Below the pieces are notes generated by a model that saw only the letters and a list, made by a program, of their open reading frames with translations, had not been told where the DNA came from and searched no databases. A program made the translations under genes and the position numbers. DNA of 64,000 bases, from the NCBI GenBank assembly GCA_038108875.1, contig JAYNII010000001.1, positions 35,450-99,449 on the forward strand. Reading direction: 5' to 3'. Below, one piece after another: positions 38,976 to 48,579 of the stretch; position 1 is the first letter of the stretch, and every line of letters starts with the position of its first letter. The stretch comes from Gammaproteobacteria bacterium. GTDB taxonomy: Bacteria > Pseudomonadota > Gammaproteobacteria > Magnimaribacterales > D2472.

Positions 38976-39756
38976 AAAATTTTAAACTATTCTCATACGC
39001 ATGGTGCGCAATTAGCTCCTCAGACTCACCCCTGATAAGTCCAATTTCTTTAACTATATGAGGTAAATAACGGGGATGATTGAAGTTTTTGGTTGGTTTG
39101 GGTTTTAAATTTTTGGGCAATAAATAGGGACAATCTGTCTCTATCATAATTTTATCAAGAGGGACATAGCGAATTGAATCTAACAACTCTTGATTTCTAT
39201 TGTAATCGCATATCCATCCAGTAATCCCAATAAATCCATCCAAATCTAAATAGTCTTTTAATTCCTTCTTATTGCCTGTGAAACAATGGACCACAAAAGG
39301 ATTTTTTTGCACCGATTGAGCATCCTTCAAGTGATCTAGAAATATATCATGCGCATCGCGTTGATGGAGATAGAGGGGAAGCTCAAACTCTTGCGCAAGT
39401 TTAAGGTGAAAGGTGAAGGAAGATAGCTGATCTGCTTGAGAAGAAAAATTTCGATTAAAGTCTAAGCCCGTTTCTCCAATTGCGTTAGGCTTAAGTTTAA
39501 GGATGGTTTGTTTGAATTCTAGTTTGTTTATCTCATGAAGTTCTTTTGCACAATGAGGATGAATGCCAGCCATAAAGATTATCTTCTCTTTAAACATTGC
39601 TTTAATCTCTTGAATTCTTTTAAAGTCATGCACTGAAGAGCAGGTAACCACGAAGTGTTTAATTCCTAAATATTCTGATTCTTCGATAATTTGTAAAATA
39701 TTATTATTGAATGCTTGATGAGTAAAATTACAGGCAATATCTATATAGTTAGGCAT
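38962..39756 (-). CDS. TatD-family metal-dependent hydrolase
   Basis: IDIACNF.., GIHPH, GETGLDF, VHCF and ETDCPYL motifs. The 3' end overlaps the convergent CoA-transferase gene by 14 nt. Confidence 0.85.
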   Translation of the reverse strand: MPNYIDIACNFTHQAFNNNILQIIEESEYLGIKHFVVTCSSVHDFKRIQEIKAMFKEKIIFMAGIHPHCAKELHEINKLEFKQTILKLKPNAIGETGLDFNRNFSSQADQLSSFTFHLKLAQEFELPLYLHQRDAHDIFLDHLKDAQSVQKNPFVVHCFTGNKKELKDYLDLDGFIGITGWICDYNRNQELLDSIRYVPLDKIMIETDCPYLLPKNLKPKPTKNFNHPRYLPHIVKEIGLIRGESEELIAHHAYENSLKFFNLT

Positions 39757-39794
39757 AAGCAGGATTAGATCTATTACAATAGCATGATAATTTT

Positions 39795-40637
39795 ATGAAT
39801 CAATTTGAGCAATTTCAAAAAGTTTTAGAATTAGAGCAAAAAACTGAGAATATTTTTTGTTTTAAGCCTAATACCAATTATTTTGTAGGACAAACTCCCC
39901 ATGGTGGATACTTGATGGCTATGATGCATAAAGCGCTGGTGTCCGTTCTCCCTCATTCTACCGCTATTAATTCAAATGTTCTGTATTTGGATAGAACTGA
40001 AGCAGATTTGGTAGAGCTCCATGTAGATACATTTAAGCTTGGAAAGGGATCTTCCTCAGGTCAGGTAAAATTGATTCAAGATGGCAGAATAAATTGTACT
40101 TTTACTGCAATCTGCTCAGACCTTGATAAATTAGAAGGATATTCTGATATGCCTTCTCCGCTACCTAATACTTTTTATAATTGCCCAGCAAGCGAATTTA
40201 TCACTATGAATTATGACAATATTCAAAAGGGGTTTACACCTTCTTTTATCCAACAACTCAATTTAACCGTTCATCCAGAACATAGCTGGTGGCTTAAAAC
40301 AGATTTTGACAGATCTGGTGAAGCGCGTTGCTCTGGTTACCTTGAATTAGAAGGAGGGATTGCTGATCAATTCGCGCTTTCCTATTTTTCTGATATTTTG
40401 CCTCCCGTGGTTACTAACAAATATGGTCCTATAGGCTGGATTCCAACCTTAACTTTAACAACTAATATTCGGCAATTACCCTTAACAGAAAAACTTTTTA
40501 TTGATGGTGTTGCAAAGGATTTAAATAATGGTTTTTTTGAGCAAGACTGCTCCATCTGGGATTTAAATGGAAATTTAGTTGCAACCAGTAGACAGATAGC
40601 CAAAATTCTAAAATCAAAAGAAAAATTAGAGAGATAA
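39795..40637 (+). CDS. Acyl-CoA thioesterase-like (double hotdog) protein
   Basis: PHGGYLMAMMHKAL and ~280-aa length resemble TesB/acyl-CoA-thioesterase-type proteins. Confidence 0.55.
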   Translation: MNQFEQFQKVLELEQKTENIFCFKPNTNYFVGQTPHGGYLMAMMHKALVSVLPHSTAINSNVLYLDRTEADLVELHVDTFKLGKGSSSGQVKLIQDGRINCTFTAICSDLDKLEGYSDMPSPLPNTFYNCPASEFITMNYDNIQKGFTPSFIQQLNLTVHPEHSWWLKTDFDRSGEARCSGYLELEGGIADQFALSYFSDILPPVVTNKYGPIGWIPTLTLTTNIRQLPLTEKLFIDGVAKDLNNGFFEQDCSIWDLNGNLVATSRQIAKILKSKEKLER

Positions 40638-40646
40638 GGAAGTGAG

Positions 40647-41495
40647 ATGAAATTTAAAGGTACGGATAAATATGTATCAACCGATGATTTAAGTTTAGCT
40701 GTTAATGCTGCTATAGCATTGGAGCGACCTTTGATTATCAAAGGAGAGCCTGGAACAGGAAAAACATTATTGGCTGTAGAAGTTGCTAAATCACTAGGAA
40801 AGGAGCTTATCGAATGGCACATAAAATCAACCACAAAAGCACATCAGGGTTTGTACGAATACGACGCTGTAACTCGACTCAGGGATTCTCAGCTAGGTGA
40901 TGAGCGAGTAAAAGATATTCAAAATTACATTAAAAAGGGTAAGCTTTGGGAAGCTTTTCAATCAGAAGAACAGGTTGTTCTGTTGGTGGATGAAATAGAC
41001 AAAGCAGATATTGAATTTCCAAACGATTTATTGCAAGAATTAGACAGGATGGAATTTTACTGCTATGAAATTAATGAGACTATCAAAGCAAAGCATAGAC
41101 CAATCATCATTATCACTTCAAATAACGAAAAGGATTTGCCTGATGCTTTTTTGAGGAGATGTTTTTTTCACTATATCCAGTTCCCAGAAAGAGATACTAT
41201 GCAGGAGATTGTAGATGTTCACTATCCTAAAATTAAAAAACAATTAGTTAAAAATGCTTTAGATATATTCTTTGATATTAGAAAGATTCCCGGTTTAAAA
41301 AAGAAACCATCTACAAGTGAGTTAATCGATTGGTTGAAGCTTTTAATGTCCGATGATATCCCTAGTGAGATTCTTAAAAATGCTGATAATTCCAAAGCAA
41401 TTCCTCCTCTATACGGTGCTTTGCTTAAAAATGAACAAGACGTTCATTTGTTGGAGAGATTAGCGTTTATGAGTAGACGCAATCAAAATCAATAA
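40647..41495 (+). CDS. MoxR/CoxD-like AAA+ ATPase
   Basis: Walker A GEPGTGKT, Walker B LLVDEIDKA, sensor region IIIITSNNEKDLPDAFLRRC. Confidence 0.9.
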   Translation: MKFKGTDKYVSTDDLSLAVNAAIALERPLIIKGEPGTGKTLLAVEVAKSLGKELIEWHIKSTTKAHQGLYEYDAVTRLRDSQLGDERVKDIQNYIKKGKLWEAFQSEEQVVLLVDEIDKADIEFPNDLLQELDRMEFYCYEINETIKAKHRPIIIITSNNEKDLPDAFLRRCFFHYIQFPERDTMQEIVDVHYPKIKKQLVKNALDIFFDIRKIPGLKKKPSTSELIDWLKLLMSDDIPSEILKNADNSKAIPPLYGALLKNEQDVHLLERLAFMSRRNQNQ

Positions 41496-41497
41496 GA

Positions 41498-42673
41498 ATG
41501 CTGATAACGCTTTTTCATACCATTAAAAAATCAGGTGTTCCATGCACACTCAGAGAGCTACTGGATTTATTGGGCGCTATGGAAAAGAACTTTGCATTTG
41601 CGAGTCTTGATGAGTTTTATTTTCTTGCAAGAACAACCCTTGTAAAAGATGAAAAGCACTTCGATAAGTTTGATCGGGCTTTTGAAATATATTTTAAAGG
41701 GATTGAAAATTTGGAAGATATTTTTAAAGCCCTCATACCAGATGATTGGTTGCGTAAAGCTTTTGAAAAAGAACTTGATCCAGAAGAGCTTAAAAAAATT
41801 CAAACCCTTGGCGGTCTAGAGAAATTGCTTGAGGAATTCAAAAAAAGACTTGAAGAACAACAAAAAAGACACGAAGGCGGCAGCAAATGGATTGGTACAA
41901 ATGGTACTTCACCCTTCGGCAATAACGGTCAGCATCCTGAAGGAATTAGGGTAGGAGGAGAAGGTCGTCAAAACAAAGCAGTTAAGATTTGGGAGCAACG
42001 TCAATATAGAAATCTTGATGATTCTCTTGAGCTTGGAACCAGAAATATAAAATTAGCATTAAGACGGTTAAGAAAATTTGCTCGCCAAGGAACTGATTTA
42101 GAGTTAGATATGCCGGGCACCATAAAATCTACAGCTAAAAATGGAGGAATTTTAGATATTAGCATGGTCCCAGAGAGAACCAACGCGGTAAAGGTGTTAG
42201 TATTCTTCGATGTTGGGGGTTCTATGGACCCCTTTATCAAACTTTGTGAAGAGTTATTTTCTGCAATTAAAACTGAATTCAAGCATTTACATTACTATTA
42301 TTTTCATAATTGTGTTTATGAAACAGTATGGAAAGATAATAGAAGAAGATCTCAAGAGCGCTTCAATGTTCAAGATATCATTAACAAATATGGTGCAGAT
42401 TTCAAATTAATTTTTGTCGGTGATGCAACTATGGCCCCTTACGAGATCACTAATAGTGGCGGCAGTATAGAGCATTGGAATGAAGAGCCTGGCGGGATTT
42501 GGGTTAAACGACTATGTGAACATTTTCAAAATGTTGCCTGGTTAAATCCGGTGCCTAAAGATCATTGGGATTACACGTCATCGGTCTGCATTCTAAGAGA
42601 CTTGGTTGAAAAAAGAATGTATCCTTTAACACTTAAAGGATTAGAAGAGGGAATGAACAGTCTATCAAAATGA
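41498..42673 (+). CDS. VWA-domain protein (CoxE-like)
   Basis: The C-terminal half has VLVFFDVGGSMDPF (a degenerate MIDAS start) and FVGDA. It lies directly downstream of the MoxR ATPase, as in CoxD/CoxE-type pairs. Confidence 0.7.
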   Translation: MLITLFHTIKKSGVPCTLRELLDLLGAMEKNFAFASLDEFYFLARTTLVKDEKHFDKFDRAFEIYFKGIENLEDIFKALIPDDWLRKAFEKELDPEELKKIQTLGGLEKLLEEFKKRLEEQQKRHEGGSKWIGTNGTSPFGNNGQHPEGIRVGGEGRQNKAVKIWEQRQYRNLDDSLELGTRNIKLALRRLRKFARQGTDLELDMPGTIKSTAKNGGILDISMVPERTNAVKVLVFFDVGGSMDPFIKLCEELFSAIKTEFKHLHYYYFHNCVYETVWKDNRRRSQERFNVQDIINKYGADFKLIFVGDATMAPYEITNSGGSIEHWNEEPGGIWVKRLCEHFQNVAWLNPVPKDHWDYTSSVCILRDLVEKRMYPLTLKGLEEGMNSLSK

Positions 42674-44037
42674 ATCATAAAAATTTATCTGAAGGTATTA
42701 ATTGGGGTCCTTTTACTTTAAGAATTCCCTTTATTCATATTAAATTTCGTACAGGAGAATTTTTACAGGGCCTAGTTATAGCAGGTGCAACCGCCTTTGC
42801 TGCTGCTCCCATGGCTATGAAACTTGGTCTTACCTTTGAGGAAGCAGTAGCTTTAAGTTTTATTGCAGGTACCTTAATTTCTGCCGGACCTATAATTTTT
42901 GGTGAACCTATGGCGCCTGGATGGGTGACGCCAGCTGTTCCAATTGTGTTGGGTGCACTAGCTTCAGCAGGCTATTACGGAGCTGGTCCTTGTGTAGAGG
43001 GCGTGTGTCAATACAATCCAGAAGCCTGGAGATTTCTCGCAGCAATGTGTATTGAATTTAGTATCCTTATTTTGATATTAGGGCTAACTGGTTTTGGTAA
43101 AGTTTTGGTTGAAAGAATACCTAGAGGATTAAAAGCTGGGATTATTCTCGGTGCTGCTTTAGCTGCTTTCTATCAAGTATTTTATGAGGATTTTGCTGCT
43201 TATGAAGCTCAACCAATATCTATGACTGTGGCAATATTCCTTTGTGTTATTACTACTTTTTCGAACCCTTTTAAAAAACTAGCTTTGCAGAATAAGTTTA
43301 TTAAAGTGCTTGGTTCTTTAGGTTTATTGCCAGGCTTTGTAGTTGCTGGATTTGTAGCATTTTTTTTGGGCGAGTTAACGTTTAATATTGAATGGGGCTT
43401 TAAAATTCCTGATATTCCAGCCCTCATTGTTAAAACCTCTCCACTATATCTTGGATTGCCTTCCATACAAATGTTTATAGATGCATTGCCTTTGGTTTTG
43501 ATTGGCTACATGTTGTTATTTGGAGATTTGGTAACTGCAACCGAAGTTTTGCTTGATGCTCAGAAAAATAGACCAGATCAAAAGCTTCCTATTGACCTCA
43601 ACAGGTCTCATTTATCGGTAGGCATCAGAAATTTTATTGGTACCTTTCTAAATCCTTTTTTTCCAACTCAAGGAGCGCTTTGGACTGGAGTACATGTGGT
43701 TGTTGCTGAACGCTGGAAAAAGGGGCCCGATGAAATGCCATCAATTTTTGATGGGATTGGGTCTTACTATTTAATGGGTATGCCATTCCTATATTTCTTT
43801 CTTCCTTTTGTTACCCTCATGCAACCCTTAATGGTAATGGCTTTAACTTTAACTTTAATACTTACTGGTTTTGCATGCGCATACGTTGCTATGAATATTC
43901 CAAAGAAGAACTCAGAAATGGCCACTGCTCTGCTTATCGCATTTTTCGTTACTTTTTATAGTGCTTGGGTAGGATTAGTTGTAGGCCTAACTCTTTGTTT
44001 ATTAGTTGATGGTTTAGAGCAAGAATCTGCATCATAA
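42670..44037 (+). CDS. Polytopic integral membrane protein, unknown function
   Basis: 455 aa with about 10-12 hydrophobic helices. ATGA overlap with the VWA gene. I recognise no family motif. Confidence 0.6.
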   Translation: MNHKNLSEGINWGPFTLRIPFIHIKFRTGEFLQGLVIAGATAFAAAPMAMKLGLTFEEAVALSFIAGTLISAGPIIFGEPMAPGWVTPAVPIVLGALASAGYYGAGPCVEGVCQYNPEAWRFLAAMCIEFSILILILGLTGFGKVLVERIPRGLKAGIILGAALAAFYQVFYEDFAAYEAQPISMTVAIFLCVITTFSNPFKKLALQNKFIKVLGSLGLLPGFVVAGFVAFFLGELTFNIEWGFKIPDIPALIVKTSPLYLGLPSIQMFIDALPLVLIGYMLLFGDLVTATEVLLDAQKNRPDQKLPIDLNRSHLSVGIRNFIGTFLNPFFPTQGALWTGVHVVVAERWKKGPDEMPSIFDGIGSYYLMGMPFLYFFLPFVTLMQPLMVMALTLTLILTGFACAYVAMNIPKKNSEMATALLIAFFVTFYSAWVGLVVGLTLCLLVDGLEQESAS

Positions 44038-44039
44038 TA

Positions 44040-44966
44040 ATGAAAGCCTTAGAGATTTCTAATCTAAAGAAAACTTATGCCAGTGGAGTTGAGGCTCTTA
44101 AAGGAATCTCATTAACTGTTGAAGAAGGTGATTTCTATGCACTGCTTGGACCGAATGGCGCAGGAAAATCTACAACCATTGGAATTGTTTCTTCGTTAGT
44201 GACTAAATCAGGAGGTTCTGTTTCTATCTTAGGAACCGACATAGATCAAGATTTTCCTGAAGCAAAAAGAAAGCTTGGAGTGGTTGCTCAAGAGATAAAT
44301 TTTTCTCCATTTGAGAAAGTTTTAGATATTGTAGTAACCCAATCTGGATTTTATGGGATCCCAAAGAGTGTTGCGCTTAAGAGAGCTGAAGAAGTTCTTC
44401 ATAAACTAGGTCTGTGGGAAAAAAAAGATTTTCAATCGAGAACGCTTTCAGGGGGACTTAAACGCAGATTAATGATTGCAAAATCACTCATTCATCAACC
44501 ACGTTTATTGATTCTTGACGAACCAACTGCTGGCGTTGATATCGAGCTTAGAAGAGGAATGTGGGACTTTATTAGAGATCTAAACAAAAATGGAACCACT
44601 GTCATCTTAACCACTCACTATCTAGAAGAGGCAGAGCAACTATGTAAGAACATTGCTATCATCGATAAGGGTTTGATTGTAGAAAATACCTCTATGAAGG
44701 ATCTGCTTAAAAAACTTGATATGCAAACATTCATCTTAGATTTAGACTCAAATTTAGATAAGTTACCTGTCTTAGAAAATTATATTATTAGCCAAGTTGA
44801 TCCAACTACTTTGAGAGTTGCTTTACAAAAAGACCAGTCTTTAAATACTTTATTTGAACAACTTTCTCGGTCAAATGTTCAAGTCAAATCAATGCGAAAT
44901 GAGGCCAACAGATTGGAAGAGCTTTTCTTACAAATTATAAAAAAAGATCATGAGCAAAAGAGCTAA
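44040..44966 (+). CDS. ABC-2-type transporter ATP-binding protein
   Basis: GPNGAGKST, LSGGLKRRLMIAKSL, LILDEPTAGVD. Confidence 0.95.
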   Translation: MKALEISNLKKTYASGVEALKGISLTVEEGDFYALLGPNGAGKSTTIGIVSSLVTKSGGSVSILGTDIDQDFPEAKRKLGVVAQEINFSPFEKVLDIVVTQSGFYGIPKSVALKRAEEVLHKLGLWEKKDFQSRTLSGGLKRRLMIAKSLIHQPRLLILDEPTAGVDIELRRGMWDFIRDLNKNGTTVILTTHYLEEAEQLCKNIAIIDKGLIVENTSMKDLLKKLDMQTFILDLDSNLDKLPVLENYIISQVDPTTLRVALQKDQSLNTLFEQLSRSNVQVKSMRNEANRLEELFLQIIKKDHEQKS

Positions 44967-45732
44967 AGAAATATTCTGGTCATTAAGAACCCTCACAGAG
45001 CGAGAAATTCGTCGCTATTTAAGAATTTGGGTTCAAACCCTTGTTCCACCTGCAGTTACGATGTCTTTGTACTTTGTAATTTTTGGCTCTTTAATTGGAC
45101 CAAGAATTGGTGCCATGAATGGATTTGATTATATCCAGTTCATGATTCCAGGATTAATTATGATGTCAGTCATTACTAATTCCTATTCGAATGTAGTTTC
45201 TTCTTTTTTTGGAGTTAAATTCCAACGCTCTATTGAAGAATTATTGGTCTCGCCAATGCCTTCTTTTATTATCTTGCTTGGATTTATTAGCGGGGGAGTT
45301 TCAAGAGGAATCCTTGTAGGTGTTGTGGTGTATCTGGTGAGCTTATTTTTTTACCCAGACTTCACAATTCATAATATTCCCCTGACAGTTAGCGTACTAA
45401 TCTTGACTGCAATATTATTTTCATTGATGGGCTTTATAAATGCTATTTTTGCAGACTCATTTGACGACATCTCAGTGGTCCCAACTTTTGTTTTAACACC
45501 TCTGATATATCTAGGAGGGGTGTTTTATTCCATCTCAATACTACCAGATGTCTGGCAAAAGATTTCACTGATAAATCCAATGCTCTATGTGGTGAATACA
45601 TTTAGAGAAGGAATGTTAGGCGTAAGTGATATTGATGTTACTGCTGCACTCCTAATGCAATTATTTTTTATTATTATTCTTACTCTTTCTTGTTTGCATC
45701 TACTAAAAACAGGCAAGGGTACCAGGCAATAA
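44950..45732 (+). CDS. ABC-2-type transporter permease
   Basis: 6-TM protein of ~260 aa immediately downstream of, and overlapping, the ATPase gene. YadH-like organisation. Confidence 0.85.
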   Translation: MSKRAKEIFWSLRTLTEREIRRYLRIWVQTLVPPAVTMSLYFVIFGSLIGPRIGAMNGFDYIQFMIPGLIMMSVITNSYSNVVSSFFGVKFQRSIEELLVSPMPSFIILLGFISGGVSRGILVGVVVYLVSLFFYPDFTIHNIPLTVSVLILTAILFSLMGFINAIFADSFDDISVVPTFVLTPLIYLGGVFYSISILPDVWQKISLINPMLYVVNTFREGMLGVSDIDVTAALLMQLFFIIILTLSCLHLLKTGKGTRQ

Positions 45733-45734
45733 TA

Positions 45735-46463
45735 ATGCCAAGATATTTAGGGCAATCCGACTCATATCAAAAGATAAGCATTGGTAAAGAATCTTTAGAT
45801 ATTCTCAAGAGAAAAACCAATTCTTCGTTCCCATTGAGAGGATGGGATTATTGGAACGCCTATGAATTTATGTACCAAAATCAACAGTCAGCAGTACTTA
45901 CTTGTCTTGAAATTAAAGTACCCAGTGATTCAATGTATCTGATCGAGTCTAAATCTATGAAGCTATTCTTAAACAGCTTTTACAATCAAGAATTTCAATC
46001 AACTGAAATAACCAATTATCTCAGTGATGTTTTTTCAGAGACGTTGGAGTGCAAAGTTGAGGTCAAAATTATGGACAAATATTCAGATCCGCCAAATTTT
46101 AAGAAGCTCAGCCGAAATACAGGAAAGTTAGATTCCGGTTCAATTTATAGATTTGAGGGCTACAGATCTTTATGTCCAGTTACTAGCCAACCTGATTTTG
46201 CCAATGTATTTTTTTATTCTAACGGTTTTAGTGATTTAGATAGTAGCATCCTCTTGGACGCTATTGGTTTGCATCTTAACCAGCAAGCTTTTCATGAATC
46301 TTGTATTGAAGCAATCGCTGAAGATATTTTGCATATAGCTCAACTCAAAGATCTTCAGATTTTTGGAAGATTTCTCAGAAGAGGCGGTATCGATATTAAC
46401 CCACTTAGATGTTTTAACATTTCAGATTCTATTTTCTGTAACTTCCGTGAATTTAATCAATAA
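45735..46463 (+). CDS. queF: NADPH-dependent 7-cyano-7-deazaguanine (preQ0) reductase
   Basis: ESKSMKLFLNSF QueF motif and catalytic Cys in YRSLCPVTSQPDF. Start set at the ATG at 45735, since the ORF-track extension overlaps the permease. Confidence 0.85.
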   Translation: MPRYLGQSDSYQKISIGKESLDILKRKTNSSFPLRGWDYWNAYEFMYQNQQSAVLTCLEIKVPSDSMYLIESKSMKLFLNSFYNQEFQSTEITNYLSDVFSETLECKVEVKIMDKYSDPPNFKKLSRNTGKLDSGSIYRFEGYRSLCPVTSQPDFANVFFYSNGFSDLDSSILLDAIGLHLNQQAFHESCIEAIAEDILHIAQLKDLQIFGRFLRRGGIDINPLRCFNISDSIFCNFREFNQ

Positions 46464-47088
46464 CATAAAATATTTTCAGTCAAAGGATCTGTTGGATGAT
46501 TTTTTATTTTCAGAGATTGCTTTCCTAAGCAAGCATAACGCCTTCTACAATATTATCCTTTCAGGGGGTAGCTCTCCGATTACTCTCTATAAAAAGTTAG
46601 GCACCTCATCTATTTCTTTTGCTAACTTTCAGTTCGTTCTTTCGGATGATAGAAGAGTCCCAATTCTGGATCCTCTAAGTAATGAGGGGATGTTAAATCA
46701 ATCTATAGGATTAAAACAGGATTTCAAATTAATTTCGTTGCATTCTAAGGACATCTCAAAGAAGTTGTCTGCTATTCCATCTTACAAGTTAGCTATTTTG
46801 GGTATGGGATTAGACGGACACTTTGCTTCTATATTTCCAGGTATGTCAAATTTAGATAATGCTCTCACTTCCAGCGAGTCTATAGAGCTAGTAGAGGATG
46901 GTTTTCCAGAAGTGCCAAGAATAACCATGACCTTAACAGAAATTGATAAAGCTGAAAGAATTATTCTCCTTGTTACTGGTCAAGAAAAGCTAGATCTCTT
47001 GTTACATTTAACCCAACGGACAAATCTCCCAATTAAAAATTTGATTATCAAAACTCAGCCTAAATTAATAATTGCAACAACTCCTTAA
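46447..47088 (+). CDS. pgl: 6-phosphogluconolactonase
   Basis: ILSGGSSP, VLSDDRRVP and GMGLDGHFASIFPG. There is no in-frame ATG, so the probable start is the GTG at 46447, overlapping queF by 17 nt. Confidence 0.75.
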   Translation: MNLINNIKYFQSKDLLDDFLFSEIAFLSKHNAFYNIILSGGSSPITLYKKLGTSSISFANFQFVLSDDRRVPILDPLSNEGMLNQSIGLKQDFKLISLHSKDISKKLSAIPSYKLAILGMGLDGHFASIFPGMSNLDNALTSSESIELVEDGFPEVPRITMTLTEIDKAERIILLVTGQEKLDLLLHLTQRTNLPIKNLIIKTQPKLIIATTP

Positions 47089-47112
47089 GTTTTTGTTAGA
47101 ATTTACAACCTT

Positions 47113-47202
47113 GGAGAGATGGCAGAGCCTGGTCGAATGCACCATCTTGGAAGGGTGGCGTACCGTAAGGTACCGAGGGTTCGAATCCCTCTCTCTCCGC
47201 CA
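47113..47202 (+). tRNA. tRNA-Ser (anticodon GGA)
   Basis: Acceptor GGAGAGA/TCTCTCC, anticodon stem CCATC/GGTGG with loop TT-GGA-AG, long variable arm CGTACCGTAAGGTACCG, T-arm GAGGG-TTCGAAT-CCCTC. CCA is encoded. Confidence 0.95.
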
Positions 47203-47213
47203 TTAGTAATGCT

Positions 47214-47651
47214 ATGAGAAAGACTTTTGCACATACTTATCTTGATTTATTTTTAACTCTACATCAGGACATATACTTAAATGATGCTGAGTATATTACT
47301 GATAGAAGAGAGCGCTTTGTTTTGTATGAAGCTTATAGAAGACATATTCTTAAGTTAGAGTCTATCAATTTACTTTGGGTTCAGAATACCCTTGGAGTTA
47401 CTTTTCCAACAGCAAAGAAGATTCGAGATAAATTAGTGAAACTCGGCTATCTAGATACCAAGATTTGCTCAAAGGATAAAAGAAATAAACTTTTATCGCC
47501 TTCAGAGAAACTAGTGAGAGGCATTGAAATTTTTGAGAGTTTTAAGAAATCATTTATTAGTAAATATATTAAAGAGAATAAAGATTTTGGAAAGCTAGAT
47601 CAAAGTGCTTTAGAGCTCTTAACAAAAAAAATAATCTCTCTAAGAAAATAA
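47214..47651 (+). CDS. MarR-like winged-helix protein (tentative)
   Basis: WVQNTLGVTFPTAKKIRDKLVKLGYLDTKICSKDKRNKLLSPSEKL shows the helix-turn-helix plus D-K-R wing pattern of MarR-type regulators. Confidence 0.5.
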   Translation: MRKTFAHTYLDLFLTLHQDIYLNDAEYITDRRERFVLYEAYRRHILKLESINLLWVQNTLGVTFPTAKKIRDKLVKLGYLDTKICSKDKRNKLLSPSEKLVRGIEIFESFKKSFISKYIKENKDFGKLDQSALELLTKKIISLRK

Positions 47652-47732
47652 TTTTAGATTTCGTTATGTGTGTGTTAAAATAAAAAACATAAAATTATTT
47701 TAGGTATTTTTATTACTAATTAGGAGGACAAA

Positions 47733-48011
47733 TTGAATCAATTTCACAATCAACTCAGAGGTGTGTTATCTTTATTAGATTCAATTGAAAGAGATTTAAA
47801 AGTTAACGATCTTACTCCAAATGAAAAACAAGTGCTTTATACAGTTGCTAAAACCCAAAAACAGGAAGCCAATATTTCGGATATAGTAAACTCATCAGGT
47901 TTATCGCGCTCTTCAGTTTACAAAACTCTTAAGAAGCTCATAGATGCAGATGTAGTTGCCTTGATTCAATCCGATCACGATAAACGTGAATTCCTTGTCA
48001 AACTATCTTGA
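47733..48011 (+). CDS. Small MarR-like winged-helix protein (tentative)
   Basis: Strong SD (TAGGAGGACAAA) before a TTG start. LTPNEKQVLYTV...ISDIVNSSGLSRSSVYKTLKKLIDADVVALIQSDHDKREFLVKL. Confidence 0.5.
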   Translation: MNQFHNQLRGVLSLLDSIERDLKVNDLTPNEKQVLYTVAKTQKQEANISDIVNSSGLSRSSVYKTLKKLIDADVVALIQSDHDKREFLVKLS

Positions 48012-48579
48012 TCAAGTTCTAGACTTTATAAAAGTCTCTTTTATTACCTTCATTGCTAGTTTTACACTCTGGCTTGCTTGGGCTGTTGTTATACTTGATT
48101 CTTTCAATGAAGGAAGGCTGCCGTTGGGAAGTCTTATCTTTCTTCCAAATGCTGCCAGAGTTATTGCTATTTGTTTTTTTGGCTTCAGAGCTATACCGGC
48201 TTTATATGTTGCTGAAATATTAGGTCCTGAGTTAATATTTAATAATCTGTATGGATATGAAAGTTACATAACGGTTTTTATTAGTATCATGGCAGTTCCT
48301 GCGGCATTACTCTTGTTAAGGTCAATTGGATTTCGTTTTAGTGAAGGTAGACAAAATTTCCTAGATTTTAAAAATTATCGACATTTGCTGGTAGTTATTA
48401 TTATCGCTGCTGCATTTAATGCTATCTTTGTCACTTCTTTTTTATACCTCTTTCAAGAGAAAATGATTTCAGCAGCCACAACTTATCGGTATTTTGTTGG
48501 AGATATTATTGGCGCAGTTGTAATATTGTTATTACTCACATTGTTAAACTTGGCATTCAAATCCCTAAATGCAAGATAA
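47986..48579 (+). CDS. Polytopic membrane protein of unknown function (paralog of 4715-5332)
   Basis: GTG start 26 nt inside the preceding wHTH gene. The motif blocks GSLIFLPNAARVIAICFFGF and RYFVGDIIGAVV are shared with the 4715 ORF. Confidence 0.6.
   Translation: MNSLSNYLDQVLDFIKVSFITFIASFTLWLAWAVVILDSFNEGRLPLGSLIFLPNAARVIAICFFGFRAIPALYVAEILGPELIFNNLYGYESYITVFISIMAVPAALLLLRSIGFRFSEGRQNFLDFKNYRHLLVVIIIAAAFNAIFVTSFLYLFQEKMISAATTYRYFVGDIIGAVVILLLLTLLNLAFKSLNAR

Noticed and set aside
40382-40834. 150-aa minus-strand ORF spanning the thioesterase/MoxR junction, and similar long antisense ORFs at 9716-10102, 13698-14081, 27663-28025, 36153-36455 and 60981-61316.
   Set aside because: Each lies entirely opposite a gene with clear family motifs. 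They have no motifs of their own and a Ser/Leu/Ile-rich composition typical of shadow frames.
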